Part shown: piece after piece, positions 13,050-27,120 of the stretch | Layout of the letters: every line of letters starts with the position of its first letter | Position numbering within the stretch: the stretch's first letter is position 1 | Assembly (NCBI GenBank): GCA_951406725.2 | Contig: OX597818.1 | Coordinates: 118,234,001 to 118,298,000 of the forward strand | Reading direction: 5' to 3' | DNA: 64,000 bases | From: Octopus vulgaris | Lineage: Eukaryota | Program-made: the position numbers and the translations under genes | The notes under the pieces: model-generated | The model's input: the letters and a program-made list of their open reading frames with translations, nothing else | The model's database searches: none | What the model was told of the DNA's origin: nothing

Positions 13050-13104
<55 letters not shown>

Positions 13105-13348
13105 ACATTCTGCAGGCAAATTGAAACTAGAGCACTGATTTCAAAAACGCATAACACTAAAATACAATAGCCCAAATATTCCAGGAAACATATTGTTTCC
13201 CGTAAACTGCGACAAAAGAGGATGAAAAGGGGAAGAGTGTAAATGAAAAGAGAGGTGATTGTTTAGAGGATGCTTTGCAGTAGATTTACTCTTATAGATT
13301 TCGAGTGTTGCTTGTTTTTTCGATGTCGATTGTTGACAGCTAAAGAGG

Positions 13349-13424
<76 letters not shown>

Positions 13425-13969
13425 TCAAATATTATTGCCTCCAATAATGTGTTATTCCCGGAGATTTTAAGGTAGTAAAAAGGACCTTAGCGTCTATTTC
13501 TTACGGTACGTGGTGAGGCATAAAGCTGACCCTTTGGTATAGTTATGTATATTATTATATAATGTTATATATATATATATATAATGTGCGTGTGTGATAT
13601 CGGTTTGTGTGCGCATTTACGGCACAGAGTGGAATAGTGTAGCGAGGTACAACTCAGTATGGTATGATGTGGTGGTTGTGTTTAGCTTGGGTCCAATGCG
13701 TAGGGGTTTTATGCGGGGTGTCGCCTTAATCGCTTTCCATAATTTTTTCCTTGCATTTTCACTCCATTCCTGTTTTTGTTTCATGCATACACACACACGC
13801 ATATACACAATGCAACAATCAAGTATACACTCGTAAACGCAAGCACAGAGGGCAACACATTCATGCTTACGTGTGTGTGTATATATATATATTCACACAC
13901 ACATATATATATATATGTATACCCACATATATATATATATATGTATAATAAACATGTATGTATATATTA

Positions 13970-14015
<46 letters not shown>

Positions 14016-14423
14016 TATACATATATATATATACATATATATACATATATATATTATATATGCATCTATACACGTACCATGTTCTTTCTTTCCCTTTATA
14101 CACCTACGCCTTAGAAAGACATATCGTATTCCAATTTCCTTTTCTCACTCTCACCCGATCGTACTTTGACTATACACACACACACGCACACATACACAAA
14201 CACACACACTTATATAGATATGTGTGTGTGAGGGAGTTTATACACAAACACTCAATTACACACACACACACACACACACGTACACACACACATATATATA
14301 TATGCATATATATAAAATCATCTACATGCGCATATTTATATATATGTATATAAGTATATGGGTTTATATATATATACATATACATACATACACACATAAA
14401 CAGATGAATACCCGTAAATGTGC

Positions 14424-14461
<38 letters not shown>

Positions 14462-14463
14462 GG

Positions 14464-14496
<33 letters not shown>

Positions 14497-14859
14497 GTCA
14501 TATATGTATTTATACTTATAGTTGTGTGTGTGTATATATTATATAGATGAATGTACAAATATGTGTCTGTACTCATAAGCATACATTTATACACACACGC
14601 TTATGTGTATATGCGTACGTGTGCGCTCACGAGTCTTTACACCACTCCCGTTCTTACACCTCTTACTATTCCTCCCACACTTCTAATTGTATGAAGTTAT
14701 CTTTTTGTCGCTAGCATTCCTTTCTCTTCTTGCGTTACTAGCCTTCTTCCTGCCTATCTCTCACATTCCTATCTCTTTGCTCTGCCATTGTGTCCCTCAG
14801 TATTACATAAACCTTCTCCCGCACACTCACTCACAAACGCAACACCGTTTCTTTGTCTT

Positions 14860-14906
<47 letters not shown>

Positions 14907-15030
14907 ATATAATCTTTTCTACTAAAGGCACAACGCAAGAAATTTTGGGGGAGGTAGGCATTTCTATTACATCGGTCCCTCCAAAATTTCACTGGTACTT
15001 AATTTACCAACCACTAAAAGATAGCATTTT

Positions 15031-15128
15031 TTATTAGCATTACAGAGAGGGTGAATTAATCCTTTGTATAGATTGGAAATTGTGCATCTATACAAAGGAT
15101 TAATTCACCCTCTCTGTAATGCTAATAA
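15031..15128. repeat. Perfect 43-bp inverted repeat with a 12-nt loop
   Basis: 15031-15073 is the exact reverse complement of 15086-15128. Confidence 0.97.
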
Positions 15129-15404
15129 GCAGGAATTGAGACCCACCTCGTTGTGATTAACAATGGATAAATTTGTCGTCTGTGAGTATGTAATCCCTCA
15201 TCATATCTCTGGAAATTCATATGTGCACTATGGATTAGGTCACCTTCTCTGTGATGCTGTTAAAACTTTTTTAAAATTCTGTGATAAGACTGTACATTAT
15301 CTTTATAGAACTTTAATGAACTTTGGAAATCTGTTTATGTTACTTAATTATCTACTTCATGAGTATAGCCTCAACCAATAGGATGTCTAGAGAACTCACA
15401 TGTA

Positions 15405-15495
15405 TTTTAGCTGATGAGTACAGGACACGTTTATATGCTGTAATTTTTACAACTTTTAATAAAGCCTGCCCTTGTATGAAACGATTGTACTAAAA
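15405..15495 (+). ncRNA. Type I hammerhead ribozyme motif in a PLE 3' fragment
   Basis: Stem I TTTTAG/CTAAAA. CTGATGA 15411-15417. Stem II GTACAGG/CTTGTAT with a long loop. GAAA 15478-15481. Stem III ACGATTGT. GTA triplet ends at 15489. Confidence 0.85.
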
Positions 15496-15656
15496 ACCTA
15501 TCCATTCTTGTTGCTTCTTTCTCGCTTATAATCACCCCACATTATTGTATTGTTAAAACAGTATAGTTTTTTTTGGTGCATCTAAGTTAGGTACCATATT
15601 CAAGTAAATTCATTTAAATTAACTTGAATCTTTATTGCTTTTTGTATATATATATG

Positions 15657-15729
<73 letters not shown>

Positions 15730-15894
15730 TTTGATACTTTGAAAGCTTTCTGTCAGTATTGCCTTCCACCATGTATAACTTAATGGCACCACCTTACAGA
15801 TTCATTCATATAAGGGACCGGGTGTAGGAGGTTTATCCGGGGATTTCCGAAACAATTCATCCGAACAAATGCACAGACACACATGCCCACACAT

Positions 15895-15926
<32 letters not shown>

Positions 15927-16330
15927 GTATATATATAAAGATATATATACAAATATATGTATGTATATATATATATATATAAAATAATAATATTAATATA
16001 TATATATATGTATATATATATAACATGTCTTTATATATTTACAATTATATTGTATAAATATAACAGTCCAACATTTGCATGTGTTCCGTATGCATATGAA
16101 TCTGTGTGTTTGCATACAAGCAGATGCTTATATGAGAATAATCACACTTATATGTATGCCAATATATATCTGTACGCATAATTAACCGTTCTATAGATAG
16201 AAAGGTAGACCGGCTGACAGACGGACAGACGAACCGATATAGAGACCGGTCAGAGAGAGAAACAAACGGATAGATGGATATATGAATGTATAGATCAAAA
16301 GACAGATAGATAGATATATCGATAAATGTC

Positions 16331-16400
<70 letters not shown>

Positions 16401-16424
16401 TATGTATATATTTATGTATATATA

Positions 16425-16504
<80 letters not shown>

Positions 16505-16819
16505 TAAAATAGAGAAAACCTATGATCAACAAACACATTCAAACGTTTTGGTTGATTATTTATACAAAAACATAACATTACTTACAGCCGTTTCCGCTTC
16601 CAGTGTTAGTCGGTGCTTACGGATGTAATTCCCAAACTAATATTTGTTATCTTCATTATACATTTGATCTAGTACAAGGAGCTTCATGAGAGTGAATAAA
16701 AAAGCGTAAAATAAAATTAAGAGAAGATAGAATGGGACAGCACAGGTAAATGATACTGATAGTAAATGCGGATACTATTATCCCTTCGTGGGTTACTACA
16801 ACCGCTAACTCTTCTTGCC

Positions 16820-17156
<337 letters not shown>

Positions 17157-17387
17157 ATAAAAGAAAATCAGCGATACACACATATGTGTCTCTCGGAATT
17201 TTCTCAATATATATTACATCCGTTTCAATTATTATACAATGTATGGCAATGTTGCCTAAGTTTGCGAAGACAAGTTGTACATTAACATCAACAATCTCCG
17301 TAGTATCTGGAATAATACGTGTCTGAATATTTTATCATCAAGTGCAATAGATCCGTGAAGCTTCTACGGATTCCGTCCATCAAATAT

Positions 17388-17622
17388 AGGCGGCGAGCTA
17401 GCAGAATCGTTAGCACGTCGGGCGAAATGCTTAGCGGTATTTCGGCTGCCGTTACGTTGTGAGTTCAAATTTCGCCGAGGTCGCCTTTGCCTTTCATCCT
17501 CTCGGGGTCGATAAATTAAGTACCAGTTAAACACTGGGGTCGATATAATCGACTTAATACCTATGTCTGTCCATGTTTGTCCCCTCTATGTTTAGTCCCT
17601 TGTGGGTAATAAAGAAATAGGT
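17388..17622 (+). mobile_element. Full-length tRNA-derived SINE (family S1, MetaSINE-like core) with 15-bp TSD
   Basis: A-box-like TAGCAGAATCG, B-box GAGTTCAAAT, core GCCTTTCATCCTCTCGGGGTCGATAAATTAAGTACCAG. TSD TTCCGTCCATCAAAT at 17371-17385 and 17623-17637. Confidence 0.9.
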
Positions 17623-17971
17623 TTCCGTCCATCAAATTTTGTTTACGTCTTTATTATCATCGAATGCACTGTAAATGGCACTTTTTGAAGATGCCATGCA
17701 CCGAAATTGAAAGAGAGGACACTTGGTAGTAAAAGAGCCTCTTAATTTCTCGGCCCTTATTGTGTCGATATAGGCATAGGTAGACACACACGCACCATAA
17801 TCTTGGCACACATTTACATACAAGTATATAAACGCACGCACACAAACACGAACGCTCACACACGAATACTAACACGTATGATTTTATATATATATATAAA
17901 CATTTATACATACAAACACACCCACACCTACATACATACACACATACATACATACATACAGACAGACAGGA

Positions 17972-18088
<117 letters not shown>

Positions 18089-18939
18089 CGTATATATTTC
18101 TGCAGATACGCATAAGGCTCTGTCATTCAACATGCACATATACACATTTCTATGCATATATTTATGCACTCAAATATTTTTTGTTATATGCGTGTATGCA
18201 CATATTGGAGTCATACTTGCAACCGTATCATCACACACTGAACGCTTCCCAGTGATAATTACTTGTTAATATTCTTACTAATTACACGTTTGTATGCATA
18301 ATGTCGAGAAAAACACAGACGAACACGTACCCAAAACACGTACCTAAAGTGTACAAAATGACGAAGGTACCCCAAATCATGCTCGCAGCTCCAACGCATA
18401 TACATTTTTAACTACTCGGATAGAGTGCCATTCACTCACATACACATATCAAACATACATGCATAGAATTACATCAACATACATACACGTATATACATTC
18501 ATATACATTCCAACATATGGACAAAAAACAAACATTGGTGTGTAGCACCCGCCTACATAGGCATAGCAACACATGTATAGTGCCATATACACATATATGT
18601 AAGCATTACTAGCATGCACACCCACATTACGAAGATAAACAAAGACAAACACGCCCGCATGAATTCTTATATTAGTGCGGGCGTGCGAGCGTATGTAAGT
18701 GCGTGTATGTGAGTATATGTGAGTGTGTGTGCACAAAATAGCACCCGTGCAGAAATGTGATTTTAAGAAACAAACGCAACTGCACATCTAAAAACCACAT
18801 GCAAACGCACGTATCCTCACTAGTATAGCCCCAGCCCAAGCGCACACTCGGCAGTTCTTGCACATCGGGTATGAACACAACTCAGTAACACACTACAACT
18901 TAAACCACCGCCTGAATCTCATTCAAATTCTATGATAAT

Positions 18940-19310
18940 CCTATGTCTATCTCTTTTAGCTTTTACCCTGCCACTTCTCTTCCTACATTCCACACCCTCA
19001 CATTTTATGTATATATTTATACATATCTACGTGCTCCTTTGCTTTTACATTCTCTTATTCCACCCGTTCCTCTCGTTCCCTCTAAACATTTACCTCTTCG
19101 TCTCGGCATCGCACCCGTTCGTTCTTCACTCATTCATACACACATCTCTCCCACTCCCTTTTTCTCCTCTTTGGCCTACTTCAGCATACGTTTTTCCCCC
19201 ACCTACCGCTTCTTTCTATCTTCTGCACATATACACACACTCAAATGCACTTACACGCATTCACATTATTTCACTCTCTATCTTCACCCCTATCCATGTG
19301 CTCCCATCCA

Positions 19311-19367
<57 letters not shown>

Positions 19368-19990
19368 ATCTCTATCTTCACTCCTATCCATATGCTCCCA
19401 TCCACGCCTCTCTCTCTCTTTCTCACCAAATCTCTTGTGGTGCCTATCTAATATATACATCGTTACGTCTAAGTCTATCCCCTTTGTAGATTTGTCTACC
19501 CGTCTCCCTTGTTTTATCTTTTAATCTATCTTTTATACATTCTTCTCTCATTCTTCTCTGTCTATATCTCAGAGCCTCCATATACCTCTGTCTATCTCCT
19601 TTTCAATTTCTCACTCTCCTTCATATGATTCTTCCCTTTACTTTTCCTATTCTCATACTCACCTCTGCCCACTAAAATTCCCCTCTCTCTTTCTCTGTCT
19701 CTCTCTGCTCAACTTTCGCTTATATCTGGACTCACATCATTTGGTCTCTCTCTCCCATTCTTAAACTCATTCATTTCTACGTTAAACTCCTATTTTCCGT
19801 CTTTCACAAAAACATAAATTTCTGCTTTCCCGCCTTCGCTCTCTTTCTCTTTTCAATTCTGTCTTTCCTTTTCTCTTTAAGTCAAACCTCCATTTACTTT
19901 CTTTTCGTTATCTCGGCCTTATTGTCTTCAGATTCCTCTCTATTTTCCCTCTCACTCTTTCTGACCTCTACCTCATATTACCTTCTTTCC
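18940..19990 (+). repeat. ~1-kb pyrimidine-rich low-complexity tract with (CT)n
   Basis: Strong C/T strand bias. A ~39-bp direct duplication (about 19275 and 19369) flanks the (CT)n. Confidence 0.85.
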
Positions 19991-20706
19991 AATCATAAAA
20001 CCTATCCAGCCTATTGAGCACATTTTTCTTCCAAGAATTCACATAATTCTTATGCACAGGCGTCACAATTTAGAATGTCTTTCTTTCTTACCTTACACCC
20101 GTTCCATACATTTGTTGTACGACATATAACTGTGTATTTTACATTACGTAAGCGTTGTATATCACTTCCTCTTTAAAATTCTTCTTTATTGTTAAATTCA
20201 GTCTCAGATACATACAAAAGCCACCATCCCAATAGGCGTACACTCTAAATAGTAACGCTTCCTACTAGAAATATCAAAGAAGTGTTCATTAATTTTACAC
20301 ATTATCGGCTTTTAAATGGGGTGAAACAGTTAACGTTTTACTACGTTAAAAAATTCACCCCGAATGAGATAATTATATGTCTAATGCCACGATGAAATCT
20401 CTTAGAACACAAATCTGTTCCATAGAACACCACTGTCTAAAATAAGCAACGGCAAAATGATCAATGACAATAGAAAATATTTTCAAATTTTTGCATAAGA
20501 CCAGTATATTTTACGAGAGCAGTCGATGTAAGAGACTCACCCAGGGGAGCGAGTAAGACGGTTACATCCACCCTAGTGTTCAATTGGTATTTATTTTATC
20601 AACCACCAATATGACAAAAGGCAAAGTCGACCTCGATGTAATTTGAACCCATAACAAAGCAACGGACGAATAAGGCTAGTATACCCACTGCAGGTCTTCG
20701 TGGTCC

Positions 20707-21284
20707 ATCTTGCATGTGTAGCAGCTCTGTGTTTAATATTGGCTTATATGCACATATACATTTCTCCATTTCAAAGCTGGCTCAGTCGCTTTTTTGCGGT
20801 TAGCACTTTTAGTAGACCGTATGTGGGTCTTGTAGTTGAGCATGCGACGCGTGGATAAATTAAATCTTCTTCCAGTACGGACGGCTGGTTGGTCAAAAAC
20901 GAAATAACATGGAGGCGACGGCAGCGCTAATAGTGTGCGCGAGAATACCTCCAAGAAGACCACATTGTTTGTTCAGTCCGTCGGCTCATCGAGAGAACTT
21001 GATGAGCAGCCAGTTTTGACGTAAGTGAAAGAACTACATGCCGAGAGAGTTCTAAAGCGAAGGAAGGAAAACTCTCTAGAGAGAAATGGCGACTGTCATA
21101 CTTTATAGAAATGCCAAACCGGAAACAGAAGGAAACGTTCCATCCTAACCAATCACAAACAACGACAGAAAAGGTGCAATCACAAGTCGAAAGAGCCAAG
21201 TTTGAAATGGAGAAATATATATTTGTATGTAAGCCAATATCAAGCACAAAGCTGCTACAGATGTCTCAGCTAGACATGCAAGAT
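20707..21284. mobile_element. MITE-like DNA element with ~80-bp inverted repeats (possibly PIF/Harbinger-derived)
   Basis: 20707-20783 matches the reverse complement of 21193-21284, with an indel. The interior has weak remnants resembling Harbinger transposase and MADF N-termini. Confidence 0.65.
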
Positions 21285-22211
21285 AGAGCAGATGAGCTTA
21301 TTTTCAAACTTAACAAATTTCTAATAGTCTGAGAAGCTCATTATAGCTGACGGTTTAAGAAGTATTTTGCACAACCACGAGGCTCTGCGATTGATGATAT
21401 TTCGTGACAGCTTGGCTAAATATAATTTTCTACTGACTCAGATTGATCCATAACTTTTAAGTGAAATTGGATGAAGGTAAACTGTGTATCATCCTATGTT
21501 TGGTTGAAACTGTGACGTCAAAGGTACGGCCTTATTACACATTGTAAAATCACAGCTCAACCACTGAAGTGCTGATTAGAAACAGTAAATAAATAATAAA
21601 TTCACAGTTTTATCTATATTGCCGAACGACAGTGGTTCACCCTCAACCCTCACCACTATCACCACCAATACCTAATATTCAGAAACAGAAAGAAGTCTCT
21701 TGGAAACTACAAATAAAATTTTGTGCAATGAAAGTATCACCAAGATATAAGTTATCACACCATAGCAATACATCGACAGATGTTACAGAGCGGGCCTCAA
21801 AATGGTCGAATTAACCGGCTAGAATTAACGACCAAATTTCCATCGTGCCATCTTTTAAAATGTAATGATGTACTTAATGAAACCGTCCGAAAAATAAGGG
21901 ATTTTTATGTTTGGGATGAGGTGATTATCGGTCTACTGAATCAGGATTAACGCAACATAAACCGGCAGCTATAACTTTAATTCTACATTCCCGCACACTT
22001 TCCTACGTCTTCTCAGAAAATTTCTCAGAAAATCGTAATACGTAGATGAAAATGTTCGCACCCCTTTCAATTAATTTTCTAAATGAAAAACAAAATAAAC
22101 ATTTCTCTAAACGCTACATCAAACACCGAGAAATATAAAGACGAAATATAAGGCGAAATATATTGAACTTTACTCATAGTATATGGGAATATTGCATATA
22201 TACCATTATGC

Positions 22212-22420
22212 CAAAAAAATGGATTTACAACTTCAATACCCATACATATCTTGCATCAATCTTCTTCCCTCCACCTCACTCTCTATTTTGTATCTCATCT
22301 AAACTAGCTATGACTTAACCATCCTCTCACACCGTCTCCGATGAAGGGATATAATTAATAAATATCCTGGAAACAGCTGTAAAACCTTCTATCTATAAAT
22401 GCTCTAATATCTACACAGCC
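22212..22420 (+). mobile_element. PLE 3' end: GIY-YIG C-terminal remnant plus degenerate hammerhead
   Basis: KWIYNFNTHTY resembles the WI..L.T..P.G.N terminus of PLE ORFs. Hammerhead 22334-22385 has mutated core CCGATGA, stem II GGATAT/ATATCC, GAAA, palindrome ACAGCTGT and GTA. Confidence 0.7.
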
Positions 22421-22927
22421 TTGGTTTTTTTTTTTTATTACGCAAGCAATTCATTTAGACGAAATATATGACTTTATATAGCACGTAGCGAATCCAATAA
22501 TAACCTTTTTAACAGTCGATTAAAGAAGACGAGTAAATTAGTGAAAGTAGTAAATTCGAAAAGGTACAATTGATATCCATGCTGAATGTATTTCAACATA
22601 CTCAAACTAGAAAGACAAACCTTGTAGTCATATGTGATTTTAATGAACCAGACTTAATCCACTACCATCAATGTCACTGTATTGTTCTTCAGCTACCAGC
22701 CGCAGGGTATCTGTGGCATCATGGGTGTCTTTCAACGAAGTCAAAGTTTGCCTTTCATTATTTCCGGGTCGATAAAATAAGTACCAACTGAGGATCAACA
22801 CTAATGTAATCAAACAAAACACCATAATTAATGACGCATCAATCACATCGTAAGGTGATAATGCCTTTCATTTTGATGAAATACGATTGCATGTATGTAT
22901 CTCTCTATAAATATCTTTACAAAAACA

Positions 22928-23012
<85 letters not shown>

Positions 23013-23201
23013 AAATCCCTCGACTATCGCAAGTGTTACGTTTCAAAACGCTCCGCGGATTAGAAACAGTACTGTACTGTATATATTTACAATTTGCATA
23101 TATCTATTCTATCTTATAATAAAAGCAAAACAACACCACAGAGAAATCGACGTAAGCTTAAATTTCAAACCGCGATAGGTGAACCGCAATAAAGCGAGGG
23201 A

Positions 23202-23285
<84 letters not shown>

Positions 23286-23931
23286 TGTGTGTTTGTGTGT
23301 GTACAGAGAGTGCGGGCGCGAGAGAGGAGAGAGACGGATAGTTGAACACAGGCACATACACACGCGAACAAGGAATTTCCCAAGGAAGTACGAATGCAGA
23401 AGAATGTGGTATCACGTTTTCAGGCGCAATAAACAACAGAATATGCGTGGAGATATCGGATAATCATTAGGAAGGATTATATTTCAACTATCCGCAAGGC
23501 GTGGGCAATCGTCATCACTTACCCTGTATAACACATGAGATACGCACCAAATATTTTGAAAGCTTCAACCGTGGTCGACAAATGAAGGAAGGATAACGGA
23601 AGCGTAATTAGCGAAACGAGGTGCCTGATTGATAAACGTGGGCGTCGAATTTAATTATAGATATTTTGCTCGCATTATTGCGCGCTTTCACACACACTTT
23701 ATGTTCATGTTATAAGTTCTAGTTGCGGGCTGAATTGTACACATGGCGACCAAAATTATTAGTAGCATTTTTTCCGAATGTTTAAGATTTTTAGTTCAAA
23801 TCCTACTCATTCCATTGCCATTTTTCTCTACATTTTGTGTCGATAAAATTAGCACCACTCGAGCACTGGGGGTAGATATAATCTCCTAATAGCATGAATT
23901 ATTATTATTATTATTGTTATTAAGGCGGTTT

Positions 23932-24390
23932 AAGGCAGCGAGCCGGCGGAAACGTTAGCACGACTGATGAAATGTTTAGTGGTATTTAACCCGTCGCTAC
24001 GTTGAGTTCAAATTTCGCGGAGGCTGACTTTGCCATTCTTCCACTCGGGGTCGATAAATTAAGTACGAGTGAAACACTGGAGTAGACGTAATAGACTCAT
24101 CCCTTCTCCCAAAATTTCTGCTCTTGTGGCAAAATTTGAAACCATTAACAGCGACGAGCCGTCAGAATCGTTAGTACGCCGGGCGAAATGCTTAGCGTTC
24201 CGTGTTCAAATACCGCCGAGGTCGACTTTGCCTTTCATCCTTTTGGGGTCGATTAAATAAGTACCAGTTACGGACTAGAGTCGATATAAGCGACTTAATC
24301 CGTTTGTCTGTCGTTGTTTGTCGTCTCTGTGTTTAGCCCCTTGTAGGTAGTAAAGAAATAGGTATGTGTCTTGTCGCTACGTTCTGAGTT
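23932..24390 (+). mobile_element. Tandem S1 SINE copies
   Basis: Two heads (23932 and about 24147), each followed by the S1 core. The two units have different tail types. Confidence 0.85.
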
Positions 24391-25294
24391 GTATATACAC
24401 GCAACCACATAATATTGAAGTCATAGTGGAATACAGTAACGTTTCTTTTGCATATTTTAAAAAAGCTACTCCAAAGTCGGGTTAATATAGTTAATATATG
24501 AAAATATAGGAAATATCTGTAGATATTGTACGCCTATGTTTCCATATACATTCGTTTCTCGGGAAGGAGAGCAGAAGTTTGATAAATTTATTCAGCCTGA
24601 TTGTTAAAAGGAATTATAAAGGCAGCTTAGAAATTGATTGGCAGTTTAGGGATTGGGGAAAATTAAAATGATCGAAAGGAAAAGATACGAGTACACAATT
24701 TGCATGATAAAGAATTTAATATGGACGACATTTACTTGGAGCAAAACAACTTCTCAATTTTTCCAAAATTACAGTCGTTGCTAAGTGCAAGTATCTTATC
24801 AGATCTGTCATTCTTCGATGTTAGTATTGAATGTACACACATATAATCACCCCTGTTAATCATCATTTAAACTAAACTATGTTCTGGTCTAACAAAAGCA
24901 CAAACTGAATTCTATCATCATGATAAGAAATTAGCATAACTGTTTCACCTGCAAATGCTCCGAGGAAGACAAACCACAAAAGCACAAGAAATATCATGAT
25001 AAAATTGGAAAAGGTACTGAAGGACATTTATTTACGTGCGCACGTGTGTTCATGTGTGTGTGAATCCGCGTGTAATTTATGAGTTTGTGAATACGGTTCC
25101 CAAACAAGGATGTGTGTTATGTTAGGATTCTAAGACCGGTTGTCCGATTTCTATGGCGTACAATAACTGCGATCACAACTTACCGCTGAAAGAGTTGCCT
25201 GTCTATTTCAGGAATCAAGATGAGCAAATATTGAGAAACTGGGTGAAAGTAGATTATACCAAATTAAAATGCAAAGAACCGGATGAAGTGCTGC

Positions 25295-25960
25295 AACGAC
25301 AGGTGTCTTTCTACTAAGGACGAATTAAATTAAGCTGGCGTGTGTGGAAGTGAAGCCTTACGACTGGAACATAAGAGATAAAAGTCATGGGAAGGAATAT
25401 AAGGTAGCCGTCTCTTTGTATTTTTCTCTCCCTTCCTTTCCTAATTCTTCAATTCCTCTACCCACTACCTCTATCCTCTCCTTCCACGTGAGCGGTGTTC
25501 GACCAAGCCTGACCTTTCTTTCTTGATTCGACCACCATCCGTGCAGCAGCTCTCGTATTCATCCCACGACTCCCACCTTCTATGTTCTTGCCATAAGGTT
25601 TCACTGTCAAAAGGCCCACGTAGTTTAATTCGTCTTTAGTCGAAAGTCAACTGTTGTTAATATCCTGTTGTTTGTACTTGTAATTGTGTACCATTTCTCC
25701 GATCTTTTTTGCGCCCTTGTTATCGTATACATTCGCTTGCTTTCTTCTTCCAAAGAATCCAGTGCCCTTAGCTTAGATTTTCTTGGGGCCGGCCAGATTA
25801 GAGCAATCTCGAGTGTAACCGGCCGCAACTGTAAAGACGATCTGGTACTCGACTGTAGATTGACACTCTGACTGATCCGTCCTTGTTTATTCAGTCCTTT
25901 GTTTGTATTGTCTAACTGTCCGAATGTCTTAATGTCACTTGTTACGCTATTGTTCCATTA
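25295..25960 (+). mobile_element. Interspersed repeat family P (PLE-like), with upstream inverted partial copy
   Basis: About 25545-25930 is homologous to about 41110-41485. 25295-25410 is a diverged inverted copy of about 25545-25660. Confidence 0.7.
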
Positions 25961-26084
25961 TTTTTTTTTTATATATATGCATATAGCGGCGTACGTACAC
26001 TTTTGGTCTCTTGTATGTAAATTTGTGTGTGTGTGTGTGTGTGTGTCTGTATCTGTGTGTGTGCGTGTGTGTGTGTATGTATGC

Positions 26085-26264
26085 ATGGATGCTCGTGTGT
26101 TTACGTCCATGTAACATTAGCGGTTCGGCAAAAGAGACCAACATAATAAGTACTAGGCTTACAAATAATAAGTTATGGGATGGATTTGTTCGACTAAAGG
26201 CGGTGCTCCAGCATGGCCGCATTCAAATGACTGAAACAAGTAAAAAATAAAAGGTTAAAAGAAT
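26085..26264 (+). mobile_element. SINE family S2, 3' part
   Basis: ...TAAAGGCGGTGCTCCAGCATGGCCGC..CAAATGACTGAAACAAGTAAAA tail shared with 34241-34540 and 51875-52279. Confidence 0.8.
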
Positions 26265-27120
26265 ACCTATAACATCGTTATATAACATATGACGATGTAC
26301 AATTTTCATATAAACACACAAGTAATTAACATGGAAATAGAAATCATGTGGGTGTATACAAATATAAGCAACTAACAAACAATTTCATAATGCAGTATTA
26401 TTCGCGTATCTTAGTTTTCGGACATTAATTTTAAGAATTTCATGAATAATTAAAGATATTCCCAGTTTTACCACAAATTGAATATTTTTGTAATCTTCAG
26501 GTTTCGCAGTTCATCGGATTATCATTTTTAGTGATTTGGTTTCTACATTTCTGTGCGTCGAAAAACATGTTCGCTGGTTTGAGTCTGAATAATAATCGTT
26601 GCCTCAGAATTATAAATGTTTTTTTACAAGCAAATTGAACTATTGTTACTTGAGTAATCAGGAAAAAAATGACGTCAGTATATTCTCTTGTCAGTTTTTA
26701 CGGAAGAGACATATAATCAAAGAAGATAATTTTGTAACCGTCCCTAGATAGTTGAAATATTATAGAGATGGAATTGCTGTTTCTACTCAGTTCAGTAAAC
26801 GCGTATAGTTCTTCTCAATGAATAGTAGTGTCTAGGATTTTACCTAGAGTCATGAGGATTTAAATACCAGTCCTTGCTAATCATGATAATACTCACTTGA
26901 TCTCACTTGGGTTATCACAGGGTGGCATTTACAATTTCAATATAGTAATAATATATAGCAATACTAAAAATGATAATTGTAGTATTGATAACGGCCGCCC
27001 AAAGGTACTATAACGGGCATGTGATGGTCAATAAGCAATAATTATTTACATAACGAAGTACATATGGCCAAGCTTGTATACTTTTGTATATAAATAATTG
27101 TTGATATTATTAATACTTCT

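Noticed and set aside
13285-13348. Minus-strand CTCTT..CTGTCAA...CGAAATCTATAAGAG hammerhead-like trace
   Set aside because: Core spacing and stems II and III are too degraded to support a call.
16208-16251. GACCGG-CTGACAGA...GAAC...CCGGTC hammerhead-like pattern
   Set aside because: No stem III or NUH triplet; it lies in a decayed GACA/GATA microsatellite.
17388-17480. tRNA-like sequences at SINE heads
   Set aside because: A and B boxes are present but no complete cloverleaf; they continue into SINE bodies.
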